This document shows positions 19,627 to 41,101 of a stretch of 64,000 bases of DNA, piece after piece. A model generated the notes under the pieces. It saw only the letters and a program-made list of their open reading frames with translations, searched no databases and was not told where the DNA came from. Origin of the DNA: the human T2T-CHM13v2.0 reference genome, Homo sapiens. Both the position numbers and the translations under genes were made by a program. Position 1 is the first letter of the stretch, and the number at the start of each line of letters is the position of its first letter. Where the stretch lies: NCBI RefSeq assembly GCF_009914755.1, contig NC_060926.1; one strand, 5' to 3'.

Positions 19627-19789
19627 GTGTCACTCTTGAGTTTGTGTAGAACAGGGATGCTTGTGAGAATGCTTCTTCTGTATTTCCATAATGGCAGAAT
19701 GCTGGGTGGGAGCTGCAAACATTATATTCAGCAGAGGAGGAGACAGAGTCCTAGGCAGACTTCAGTACAGTCCTGCTGTTAAGTACCTG

Positions 19790-20460
19790 GAGCTAGAGCA
19801 GACCCCGCAGGTTACAGATGTGGATGGACCTCAGTAAGGCTGCCCTCACTTTAATACTACCTGTGTGTCCAGTGGTCCCCAGGCCATCCACACTTCTGAC
19901 TGGTTACAGATTCATAGGTTTCTGAGACCCCCTCCAGCTCCATCTCCTGCTGGAACCACCCACACAACAGATGAAAGTGCTGTGGTTACAAATACAGCTG
20001 TATTATAATTGATACCAATCTGAACCTCCAAATGAAATACATCAGGTGAGGTCAGGGAGGGTCCCAAATGCAGAGCCTCTGTGCCTGGCCTGTGGGATCA
20101 GGGCCCATCACCACCCGGCACAGGGACATGATCACCAACAGGGAAGCTCTACTGAGCTTTGGTGTCCAGAGTTTTCACCAGGGTTTTATGGCTCAAGCAG
20201 GACTGATGACACACTGTCCATGGGGTTGAACTCTCCAGGGAGGTCAGGCTGACAGCACAAGGCCCAAACACTTCACCCTACAATCGCATGGTCAGTCCTA
20301 GTGATCAGCCTCCATCCTGTGTTCCTTCATCAGCGTCAGCTCAGACATGGCTGGGAGCTCATCATGAATACACACGCTCCTGTCCCTGGGGAAATTCCAA
20401 GGGCTTTGGAAGCTCTGTCCCGGGAACCTGAGGAAAAGACCCAATTCCTTCTCAAACACA
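19790..20460. mobile_element. MER21-family LTR
   Basis: aaggctgccctcactt...cacacttctgactgg...gggagggtcccaaatgcagagcctctgtgcc...ggaaattccaagggcttt resembles MER21. Confidence 0.6.
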
Positions 20461-21886
20461 CAAGCTTTACATGGATACTCGTGTTTAGGAAAGTGGCACC
20501 CGCTGCTGTGTCTGCCGTTTTAAGCAAGCACCCTGCTCACAAGGCGTAATTACCTTTTTGGTCATCTAGGGACCCTTTCCAAGCCATCCAGGTGTCCTAG
20601 GTACTAAGGAGTCACACATCTACCCGCAGCACGCTCTGGGGCTCCGTACTCACTTCCAGATGCTTTCCAGACATCTCCACCTCGATGTCCCACAAGAATT
20701 CCAATGTTATGATGTCAGAAACTAGAACATCGCTCTCCATAAAAAATGCGCTTTTTCTCCAGAATCTCTAATGCAATCCTCCGCCAACCTGGAGGTCATT
20801 CTCACCTCAATCCCTACCCCATCCTTAAATACAGCAGTCACAGGATCCTGTTAATTCCTTGTGCTGAGCACTGTTCCTTCCACATGGCTGTTGGCAGAGC
20901 TCTGGCCCCTGGACCACCACTGAGACCCCTCCTGGGCATGTGCCTTTGGGTCTGCCTGGCTCATCACAGAGAATGAAGCTCACAGAGAATGTGCCGCAGC
21001 TCGGACCCTGCCACCGCTGTATGCAAGCACCTCTCAGCCCCCTGCCTAATGGGGTGGGCTTGGGGCCACCATCTCCGGTGGCTTTGCGTCTGTTCTTCCA
21101 GCCCCTTCTCTCCACAAACACCAGACATCAACTTATTTCAACTTTATTTCCTGGCAAACTGCTACTGAACCTTCTAGAATCTGCTCAGTTGGGTGGCTCC
21201 CTCTGTGCACCCCTCCAGGCCCTGGTTCCCACCGTCTTCCCAGTGTGAATATCCTTCTAGTGCTACAGCCCACCCCACACAGCCCCAGGACAAGGTTTCC
21301 ATGCCTAGCTCCCTGTCAAGGCCAAGAGCCCTCGGGGATGGACTAGAACAGTCATTGTTGGGTGAAAACAAGTGTACCATGTGCTACACTGCGTGCATTA
21401 CTGCCCAGCCCCAGATGATCAGGTGGACTCTTGGGCAGCCTTGCAGTTCTGAGTTTGCCCTGACATTCGCTGGGGTGGGTGACAAAGACTAGAAACATCT
21501 GGAAAAGACCTCTGCATTCTCTGCTTTAAGTTTGCTCAAGTTTAGAAATCATCAGAAACATCATAATAATGATTATGAGGTCATTTCAGCATCTCAACAG
21601 AACTCCAGGGGAAGTGCTGGGTATGGACATTCCATCGTGAGGAGGGGCCCTGTGACTGCAGATACTCAATGCCTTCCAAGTGCGCTGGTGCCACCTTCAA
21701 GTGACACTTCTCAGAGTGTCACCCAGTGGCCCAGAGGCTCCCTAGTGTGTAGTCCACCCTCGCTCAGACACGGCGGCCTGTACCTGACATCCACACTCCC
21801 CACCTGCTGCCACCCACAGGAGCATTTCAGGGCATCACGAATTGGTGGCTTTTCTTTCCAGTTCAACAGGCATCTCCCAAGTCACC

Positions 21887-22165
21887 TGTGGTGATTGCTT
21901 TTATATGTCCACGTGGCCACACTCATCTAGACATTGCTCTGAAGGTATTGCGGTTGTGGTTAATCTCTATCATCAGTTGACCTTAGGTGGAGGAGGTGAC
22001 CTTTGATGATGTGAGTGAGCCCTGTCTAAGCAGGTGGAGGCATTGAGAGCAAAACCTGAGGTTTCCCAGAAAAGGAGAAATTTTGCCTCAAGGCTGCAGC
22101 TTCAGCTCCTGATTTCAGACCTGCTGGCCCCACAATCACTTGAGCCGATTTAAAAAATCTATCCA
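21887..22165 (+). mobile_element. MLT2-family ERVL LTR
   Basis: tgtggtgattgcttttatatgtc...ctgaggtttcccagaaaaggagaaattttgcctcaaggctgcagc...ccccacaatcacttgagcc. Confidence 0.65.
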
Positions 22166-22214
22166 TCAATCAATGTATCCATCCACCCATCAACTCACCT
22201 ATTCATACATGTAC

Positions 22215-22520
22215 TCATCCTTGCATCCATTCATCCCTCCCTCCTTCTTTCCCTCCTTCGTTCATTCTTCTCCTCCCCCCTCCCTCCCTCCCTCCCTCCC
22301 CCCCTCCCTCCCCCCCTCCCTCCCTCCCTCCCCCCTCCCTCCCCCCTCCCTCCCTCCCTCCCCCCTCCCTCCCTCCCTCCCCCCTCCCTCCCTCCCTCCC
22401 TCCCTCCCCCCTCCCTCCCTCCCCCCTCCCCCCCTCCCTCCCTCCCTCCCTTCTCTTCTTTCCTCCTTCTTCCCCCAATCCCTTCCCTCCTTCCCTCCCT
22501 TCTCCCCATCCCCATCCACG
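22215..22520. repeat. (CCCT)n / pyrimidine-rich low-complexity tract
   Basis: About 300 bp, almost all C/T on +. Confidence 0.95.
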
Positions 22521-24359
22521 GATCCATCCTATGGACCCCATCCTATGTGTCCCTGAAGACCCCCGAGTGGCATAGCATTCGTTTGCATGTGTGTGGCATT
22601 GGCAGGGGAGTCTGGGCAGGGGGTGGTCAGTGCAATGACTTGGGCCTGAAAGAATGAGGTTTTGGTGGTGAGCTCTTCCCCTGTGGAGCTGAATGTGCAG
22701 CCGTGTGTTTTGTTCACGGCTTCCTGCGTCTGCCCTCTAGAGGCCCACAGAAGCCTCGCACCTCCCCAGCCCGGCGTCTGCGGGTGAATTGTCTGAGCAG
22801 GAGCACAACAGCTTAAGCTTCATGTTCTCCGGGCCCAGGTGAAATACTCTCACCCCCTCTGATGGCCACTTTCCAATCCTGTTATCCGCCCCCAGTCTTG
22901 TGATCTGTCCCACAGCAAACACTCCTTCCAGGTGTGAGTTGTGCCAAGGAACACTGTTTCGTTGTCACACATAGTACTTAGACGCAGTGAGTGAAGAGAC
23001 ACTTGGTCCCGGGCCCCCTTCTCTGCACACACTGCCCTGTGTGCTACAGCATGCCAGGCAGGGTGCCAGGACAGCAGGCCCGTGAAGACCATGGCGGCGG
23101 CTGTCTGAAGACCAGCTCACAGCAGGAGCTGCACTGAGATCTTCTCCTGGGTGCTCATGCTGGGGCCCGAGGTCGTATGGAAAAGGCTTGTCCCCCTTGC
23201 TGGATGTCACAAGGCTCAGGTGAGTGGGTCAGAGCCATGTTCCCAGTGAGTTCCCGGTCAGTGTCAGCTCAACCACAGCAAAGGACAGCCGGGCAGGGCA
23301 CCAGGCTCCTGGCAGACCCACGGTGAGAGGCAGCTGCAGGCTCAGAACACAATTTACTGTGTTCAGTTCAGCCACAGAAAGATGAGATTCTAGAATTTAA
23401 ATGCTAAGCATGGAGAGTCACCACTTCTCTGTCCAAAGGTCCCTCCATCCGCCAGAGCACCGGGTCAGGCACCCGGGACATGCCCAGGAGTGGAGAGAAG
23501 AGGGGTCCTGAGGGTCCTCACCTTGTGAGAGTCACATCTTCACTGCTCCTCCCCCATGGGATCTTTATGTAAATTAAGCCGCACACTTAGATTCCACATT
23601 TTTCTCAGATAGGCGCCAACAGGGGCTTTCTGCATGCCTAGGTGATGAAGTCAGAGGGTGGAAGGCTCATGTCTGGGAGAGGGGTCCCGCTAATAACCCC
23701 CTCCCCAACAGGGGTCCTGGGTGTAGACAGAGGCCTCCCCAGCCCAGGCCCTTGGCACGCTGTGTGCGGAGGTGGGCGACCCTCTGTCCACCCTCGGGGA
23801 GAGGGTCTGCTTCCTGCCTTCCATGAGCCGCGCTGGGGCTAGCCAAGGCCTCTGCAGGAGGGGGAAGCACCGAGAGGGTTTCAGGGTTACAGTGGAGGGA
23901 GTTTAATTGGGCGACTGAGAGGTGAGGCAGTTAGGGAAGCAACCAAGCATCTCCACCATGCCCCCACCCTCGGAGGCCATGGAAGGCGGGGGGAGGAACG
24001 TGTGAGCCTCACCTAGCTAGATTTATAACTGCAGGAGGGGCTGCCAGGGGCCATGGCTGCAGGTGGATGGCTGGGAGGGCAGGGAGGGCATGTGGAGCCA
24101 CTGAGGCTGATGCCATCCCCTGGTCACCCAGGAGGAAGCCAGGCGGTAACGGGGACTGGGCAATTCCCTATTAGAGGTTGGTTCCCCAGGACAGGTGAGG
24201 CAAGGAAGGGCAGAGACTGGACCTGGAAAATCCAGCGTGAGCACAGCACCCAGCCAGCTTCCAGGGAAGTGAGCGGGCAATGAAAACAGACAAGGAAGGG
24301 CAGAGACCCTGAGAAACTCACAGTTAGGTGGAAACACAGTCTTAAATGCAAGACACTTA

Positions 24360-24488
24360 GGCCAAGCGTGACGGCTCACACCTGTCATCTCAGCATTTTG
24401 GGAGACCAAGATGGGAGAATCACTTGAGTCCTGGAGCTTGAGACCAGCCTGGGCAACGTAGTGAGACCTTGTCTTTACAAAGATAAAA
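24360..24488 (+). mobile_element. FLAM / Alu left monomer
   Basis: Single Alu left arm ending in an A-rich tail. Confidence 0.85.
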
Positions 24489-24715
24489 CATATATATTTA
24501 AAAAATGTTTTTAAAGCCACGTGGATAGAAGCTGCTTGGATGACCACATTAAGTGAATGGCCGCATCTGTGCACTGGCTCTGCAGCCCTGGGCAGCGACA
24601 CAGAGACAGCAAGCAGAGCATCCATCACCAGGATTCTCAGGCAGGTGTTACACCAGAGCTCATGCGTGTCTGGCCCCAGGCTCTGAGCTGTGGCGCATTC
24701 TTCTTGCACATGCCC

Positions 24716-25556
<841 letters not shown>

Positions 25557-27656
25557 AAGTAAGCTGGTGAACAGCAGGGAAGCACTCTGTGTCTGTAGCT
25601 TCCTGTGAGTATGCAATCATTTCAAAATTAAAAGTTTGTTAAAGCTATAAAAATTATAAAATAAATTAATAAAAATCATTGTCTCAATCTTCACAACAAT
25701 CATGAACCTTGAAAATGAATTACTGTTTTGTTTACGCAGAAGAGGAACATGAGACACAGATGGGCTGAGTAAGCCCCCACGACGGCAGCAGGGGAGTGAA
25801 ATGGAACCAGGGTCTCCAGCCCAGGCCACGCCCCCTCCCCGGGATGCCTGCTTGCTCTGAGCCCAGCGTTTCCATGTGTGAAGTGTCTGCCATGTTAGGG
25901 CAGCCGAGGACCCAGCATCCCAGGTTCTCTGTGCAGTGTTCATCACTTGCCCTCCAGATCTTCCCAACTCCCACCTCCCCAGCCGGCCTCCCCACTCCTG
26001 CGGAAGTAACTGCTGGGGCCCAGGACTCACTGTTGCCCCAAATGCCCAGCACTTAGCCCTCCTCGTGCAAGACTCAGCTGTAACCTCAGGTCCTTTGAAG
26101 GCTCCCATGCACTGGCCCACCTGCGGGGAAAGCTGGTCTTCCTCCGTGCCCGTCATGATGTCTCCGTCCCTTCCTCACCATCACGGCACTGAGTGCCTTA
26201 CCTGCTCACACACACAGCCGTCTCCCCACCTGGACTGTTCGATCTGATGATTTTTATCAGCGTAGGTGCTGGTAACCACGAGGTAATGTGCTGATGGGGA
26301 ACTGACGGGTTAGTGAGTGGCTGGACAGCTCCTGCCATGCTGGCTGGTGGGGGCGTCCCCCCTGGACTGTGGGCCCTGCTGGAGCAGGCATCTGATGCAC
26401 CCCATGGCCCCCACCCAGTGCGTTCCCTGGAACACAGGCTCTGAAATATGCAATGTGTGGATTCACGAGGCAGTGGCCAGGAGGGCTCATGGGGCTTGCT
26501 GCCCTGGGGCAGAGGCAGGAAGGGCTGACAGAGGCTCTGGGCCCAGCTCTGCCATGTGGTCTTTGGCAGGCGCTTCTGCTCTTTGTGTCTTGGTCTCCCT
26601 GTCTGTTCAATGGAGCCCACCCCAGGTTCTGTGGGCCTCCAGAGCCACCTAGAAAGAGCACCTCAGTAGGTGCAGGCACAAGGGGAGTGCCCGCTCGCAC
26701 AGCTACCTTCCAGCAAAGCCCACGCTGCCCATGTGCCCGCATTCCTTTGCACGATGGTTTTTCTTTTTTTTGTTGTGCTCCCCACACTCCTGGGTCCCCA
26801 GCCTCCAGGTCACCCTCCTTATTATATCCAAATGAAACGCTCCACCTCTTCAGCACCCCCTGTCCCCAGACATTTCCAGGAGGTGGCGGGACCCAGGAGT
26901 CGGATGCACCCCTGGCACCAGTTACCTCTGGATCCTTCTCTCCTGTTCGCACGGTGCCCACATCATTCAGCCCCCCACTTAACAAGGGGTCCCATCTTTA
27001 CTGAGGATATGAGGGTGACGGGGACCACAGTTAGCATGGAGCTGCCATTATCTCAAAATCACAGGAAATTTTCTCTCTTTGTAAGTACCCTAAGTCTTCC
27101 CCACTGCAGGGAACATCTCACCCACCCCATCCTGGCACATAGACTGTCCTCTCTGGGGTCTTCCAGTATTCAGAACTGGTGCTCCCAAGGCTCCTTCGTC
27201 CCCTACCCTGGGCACCTAAAGCTCTTGTCTCCACAGCCCTCCAGGCAAAAACAGGAAATGCATGCTTATTGGGCAGAGTTGTCTGGTTCTGCTCCTTCCC
27301 TGCTGCCATTCCAGGAGAGGGCCGGCCTCCTGTGCATAGATGATAGGTAAGCAGGTGTGGTTTCCGAAATGTAGTCTCACCTGCTGGCATCTCTCCCATA
27401 GGCGATAGGGGTGCAGCAGCCTCCCCTAACACACTGGGCGGGTGCCTCGCTGGGCAGGAGTCTCCCTAGCGGGGTGCCTCGTGCTCTTCTCCTCCCAGCC
27501 CCTTTCTCCTTCCTTTTCCAATAAAAAGGACCTCAAAACAATAGAGCTCAGTGCTGGTGATGAGATCAGTGTGCCTCTGCCCTCTGGGTGCCAGGGGAGA
27601 ATTCCGCCATGCCTGGCTGTGTGTGTGCTAAGCACAGAGAACAAAGCAGAGCATGT

Positions 27657-27846
27657 CTCAGCTAAAAGAAACTTCCTGAGAAATTCCAGCTGGAAAGCGC
27701 AGGAGTGACCGCAGGCTGCTAGATAAATGAGAGTCGACTTTATAGATGGCTCAGCTAAAAGAAACTTCCTGAGAAATTCCAGCCGGAAAGAGCAGGAGTG
27801 ACCGCAGGCTGCTGACCGCAGGCTGCTAGATAAATGAGGATCGACT
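27657..27846. repeat. Tandem duplication, ~93-bp period, 2 copies
   Basis: ctcagctaaaagaaacttcctgagaaattccagc(t/c)ggaaag...gaccgcaggctgctagataaatgag at 27657 and 27750. Confidence 0.9.
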
Positions 27847-28377
27847 GCGTAGACGGGCAGGAAAGTTGCAGTGAGACAGGAGAGCAATGCTGGCTCTGGG
27901 TGCCCTGGGGTTGATAAATATTAGTCTCTGTGGAGTAAATGGATGATGATGGAGCTTCCCCACAGAGAGAAGAACTAAGGCTTTGGATGCTTGGAGCAGA
28001 TATTTCCATTATTATTAAGTTTGTTTTTTTGTGGATTTAATTAGTACTTATTCAAACTCCATTCGTGATCTGTCATACTGCTCCCTCAAAGCCTAATTGG
28101 TTTTCTACATAAAATGTCACATAGTCTTACATCCACTGTGTGGCTGCTGGAAGTCTGTCGCTGTGCTCAGCAGGGGCTGGTTGTGGAGGTGAAATATGGC
28201 TTCTTGAGGAGGAACAGAGACTTGTAAACAGGAGGTTGTCAGCCTGGGCTTGGGAAGCATCAAAGCCAGCTGAGGGCCTGTGAAGCCCTGGATGAGGCTC
28301 CACCCGCCATGTCTGATTCAGGAAGGATGTGCATGGCTGGCGGGTGCCCAGGCACCATGGATGCTGCTAGTCCCAAC

Positions 28378-28860
<483 letters not shown>

Positions 28861-28884
28861 TTATTTTTATAAAATGCAAACTCT

Positions 28885-29362
<478 letters not shown>

Positions 29363-30829
29363 TCAGCATGTGTTTGGCTAAAGGGGGTGAAAATCATAAT
29401 TAGGTCCTGCCCCAAATGCCCCTATAATCCTTTATAACAAGTTAATTGCTTTAGGAATGACAGTGGGTACACAGGCCACTTCCACGCAGGCCAGAGTCAC
29501 TGTTGACTTGGCAAAACCAGACTCAGTCCCTGGTGGATGTTTTCTAGTTGTCAGGAGCTTCTGCACAAAATTACAGTAAATATGGCTCACATCACCTGGA
29601 AGCCAGAGAATGTCAGCTGTCGCACCCATAACCCTTGGAACTTGAGCTGCAGACGTGTTTCCCACCCTCCACTATAGAATGAATGTGTTTGCTTTATGAC
29701 AAAATCCCAGGACCCTCATTTTTAAATTCAATCCAACTTCAAAAGAGTGAGCCTCTCCACCCAGAGGAGCTGAGTACATTTCTGCGCCATCTTCAAAGGC
29801 TCCATTCCAGCTGAGAGTCAAAACCTGGAGGTTTTTGCCCCAGGACTGCCAGACGTGTGGCTCCAGGGCAGTGGGTGGAGAAATTGGACTACCCTTCCCT
29901 CTTGGTCCAACACCACCTCAGGGTTGGCCCCATAGTGCAGACCCCAGAAGCCTGGCAGGTGGGAGCCCTCCACGTCTGCAGCTTGCAGAGGTGCACATGG
30001 CTTTCCTGATTGTCTGCAGGGCTGTCGTATGGGGAGCTCTGTTGCTTGGCTGGAGTGGGAAAGAGTGTGGATTTATAACCAGCTCTGACAGTTACCAGCT
30101 GCCTGACGTTGAACAATCTGACCACTCAGAACCTCAGAATCCTCATTTATGAAATGGGACTAATATCCCCCAGGACTGACATAAGGGCTACAAACAATTG
30201 CGCGTGTATATGGGTTGGAAATATAAACAATGAAGGTTAGTACAAGCCTTCTGCCCTACCAGTCTTGACCTTTCTAAGGAATTAAACTTTCCATCTCAAT
30301 AATGGGGGAAGGGATACAGGCTCTTCTTGGAAAAGGGAATTTAGGCCTTATGTGTTTAAAATGACTTCAACTTCACATTTCTAAACTTTTGACCTAGGAA
30401 TCACATTACCAAAAGCATTTTGATTAACCAGTACAAGCTCCTGTTAGGATTTTTAATGACATTACTTCCTTTGGTCCAAAATAGTTTTCAGGCACACTCT
30501 GCTCAAATTTACATGCAGACCACACTTCACAGCACAAAGCAGTAACATCATGGGTAGAAGAGACAGAAGTCCTATTATTGCCACTTAATTTCCTTCCTGT
30601 TGGTACCATCAGTCCCCCCTTCCCTCCCCTGTGGGAGCCTTGGGCCAGCCTTCATCAAGCACAAGAGCTCAAACAGCATGAAGGACCTGTGGGCCAGGCT
30701 CTTGCATTTTAGGAAATAAAACATCCACATTCCCATCAAGACACTGCGAGTGCAGGGGTGTGAAGCCGGTGGTGGATGCATGGGGCCATGTGGCCTTGTC
30801 TTGTTTTTCTCTTGTCTTTAGAGGTGCTA

Positions 30830-31611
30830 AGTCCCCACTAGATTAGCTAGATACAGAGTGCTGATTAGTGCATCCACAAACCCCAAGCTAGACACAGAGT
30901 GCTGATTGGTGCATATACAATCCTCTGGCTAGACATAAAAGTTCTCCAAGTCCCCACCCGACTCAGGAGCCCAGCTAGCTTCGCCTAGTGGATCCCACGC
31001 CAGGGCCACTGGCAGAGCTGCCTGCCAGTCCTGCGCCACATGCCTTCTCTCCTCAGCCCTTGGGCAGTTGATGGGACCGGGTGCCGCGGACCAGGGGACT
31101 GCACCCGTTGGGAAAGCTTGGGCCATGCGGGAGCCCACCGCTGGGGGGCTTGGGCATGGCAGGCTGCAGGTCCTGAGCCTTGCCCTGTGGGGAGGCGGCT
31201 GAGGCCCGGGGAGAATTCAAGTGCGGCGTGGGCGGGCCGGCAGTGCTGGGGGACCTGGCGCTCCCTCCGCAGCTGCTGACCCAGGTGCTAAGCCCCTCAC
31301 TGCCCGGGGCCGGCGGTGCTGCTGGCCGCTCCGAGTAAGGGGCCCGCTGAGCCCACGCCCACCCAGAACTTGCGCTGGCCTGCGAGTGCCTTCCACAGCC
31401 CGGGTTCCCACAGCCCCGGTTCCCGCCTGCGCCTCTCCCTCCACACCCCCCCACAAGCAGAGGGAGCCGGCTCCGGCATTGGCTAGCCCAGAGAGGGTCT
31501 CCCACAGTGCAGTGGTGGGCTGAAAGGCTCCTCAAGCGTGGCCAGAGTAGGCGCCAAGGCCAAGGAGGTGCTGAGAGTGAGCAAGGGCTGCCAGCACGCT
31601 GTCACCTCTCA
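30830..31611 (-). mobile_element. LTR12-family (ERV9) LTR, 5'/U3 part only
   Basis: Reverse complement starts TGAGAGGTGACAGCGTGCTGGCAGCCCT. GC-rich U3 and gctagacacagagtgctgattggtgc (CCAAT) repeats. Confidence 0.88.
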
Positions 31612-38087
<6,476 letters not shown>

Positions 38088-38089
38088 GA

Positions 38090-38447
38090 GCCCTATCCTC
38101 TGATACCTGGGAATGAGACCTCGCTGGAACACGGGGCTGCTGCAGATGTAGTCAAGATGAACTCGTACCAGAGAACCCCGGGACCTGAACCCAGTGACTA
38201 GAGTCCTTTTGAAAAGACGGAAGGCAGAGATGCAGAGGCCAAGGCCATGAGAGGCCGAGGCAGAGGCCTGGCCAGGGGTCTGTGGGATCCCCAGCCACAA
38301 GGCCGCTGAAGAGGTCCTGGAGGAAGCATTCTCCCCAGCCTGCAGAGGGAGCAGGGCACGCCCAAGCCCTACCTTGGACTGCAGGCTTCTGAACCCTGTA
38401 GTTGAAGGCTGTAGTTTGCAGCTCTTTGTTACAGCAGCCACAGGGAA
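38090..38447 (+). mobile_element. MLT1B/C-type MaLR LTR
   Basis: tgcagatgtagtcaagatga...cagagggagcagggc...ttggactgcaggcttctgaac...ctttgttacagcagccacagg. Confidence 0.6.
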
Positions 38448-40089
38448 TGCGCCTCCAGCCTGTCTGGAAGTCAGCTCTTCCCACAGGGTGTTCAAGGTCA
38501 GGTGGGCTGCTCCCAGAGGAGCAGGTGCAGGCAGAGACCACAGGCTGCTGGAGGGAAGGGGATACCCAGCCTTTGCTGAGGCTCTGTCCCACTTCTGTTT
38601 GTCGTATTTTAGCCATTTGGGGTGCACCTAACCACTGAGCTTATTCCTTCTCTAGCTCCCTACCTCCACCACCCAGACCGTCCCGCTGTGCAGCAGCCAG
38701 GCAGCGCCTCTCTTCGGGGCCTCTCCCCCAGTCCCCCTGCTGAGCTCTGGACACTCTGGGATGGACCCCCCGCTCAGATCAGGCAGGGTCTGGGTCAGGC
38801 AGGGGCCAGGGGCTTAGCCCGCAGTGGCCTGAGCCCAGGCAGCTCGCTGAGGAGGGACGGCAGGGAGAGACTTGGGTGTCCACCCTGCCTCATGGGCTGC
38901 TGACCCTCCCCACACTCCATCCTGCCCTTCTGCCCTCCTGCCCTGGCTGCCACCTTGTCCCCTGGACTGGCTCTCAGAACAGCCGAGCACATGGGGGATG
39001 GCCCAGAGGGGTCCCGGCCCCCGACCAGGTAGGCATCTCTGGGTCAGCTGTGCCCCAGGGGGATGGGTTGAGTCTCAGACCGGCCAGTGCCCCAGGGACC
39101 CCTTTCCTTTCACTTACAGGAGAGTTCCTCTGTCTCACTGCCTGGGGGAAAAACCAGCTGAGCCCGTCATGCAGATTTTCTAGGGAGCTGGGCCTGCAGG
39201 AGGCCTGGCTTTTGCCCTCTGCTCCTGGGAGGTGACCTCTCGGCCGGCCCTCAGAATGTCTTGACTAATAAGAGCGTCTTTCTTTACCTGGGGCCGTGGG
39301 CCACCCTGGAGAGCCGATGCTTACAGTGTGACTTGTGGTGGGGCCCAGCCTCAGGCGGACCTGCAGGCACGTGCCGCACCGGATCCCCAGAGTCCGAGCC
39401 CGCCCCACCCCCCACGCCCTCCGTGGGGCTGGTGCGGCCTCCCAGGTGCTGGTCCCCCAGCACTTACCACTAAGCCGCCGCACCTGCTTCCTTCTTATTC
39501 ACCCTGGCCCTCCCTCTGCCTCTCCACACCACCAGGCTTGAGTTAACTCACACCTCCTTCCTCTGTATCGTCTCTGCAGTATTTCTCAAATGTACTAAAA
39601 AATCGTAAGAATGACTTTCTGTGGATGTTTGTTAAAAGCATTTCCCAAGCCCCTCTCCTAAAAAATCGGAGTCAGTAAGTGTGGGGTGGGGGTAGAGGGA
39701 GGTGGGGGAGGTGACTTTTTTTTTTTTTTTTTTACAGGTAAGAGGAGAAACAATTTGGTATCAAAAGAGCGTCCTGACTGGCCTCCCTGCCTCCAGCATC
39801 CCATCCAATCCACGGCCACTCACTCCAGAAGCCCGTCCAATCCGCAACCACTCACTCTTTCCAAGGCCAGCGCTCCGATGATGCTGTAGCCTCAGTCCCG
39901 GCCTCTGTCAAAGGCCCTCCAGCCCCTGACGCCAGGCCACCTTTGAGCTCCTCTTCTAAGCGCCCCCTTTAGTATCTTGCACACGGCTGTCCCCGTGTGA
40001 GCAGCTGGTGTGAGTAGAGCGTAGGGAGCTTATTTGGCAATCTCTTCGATGATCCTTGTGCGTGTCTAATGACCTGTGTTTGGCACACG

Positions 40090-40185
40090 ACGTAAATGGA
40101 AACCCAGAGAAAGTTGACCAGCCTTCCAAGGTGGCGCAGCTGGTAAATGGCGGTGCCTAGATTCAAATCCGGCTCTCCGCGGTTC
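40090..40185. mobile_element. MIR fragment
   Basis: gaaacccagagaaagttgaccagccttccaaggtggcgcagctggtaaatggcgg...gattcaaatcc. Confidence 0.55.
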
Positions 40186-40291
40186 CACAGCCTGGGCCTG
40201 CTTCCCCTTCCAGGAGGGCTTGAGTTTGGGTGACTGATCTGCCAGCACCGCTGACATGCTCCTATTTCATGCTGCTCCCTCTGCAGCTCTA

Positions 40292-41101
<810 letters not shown>

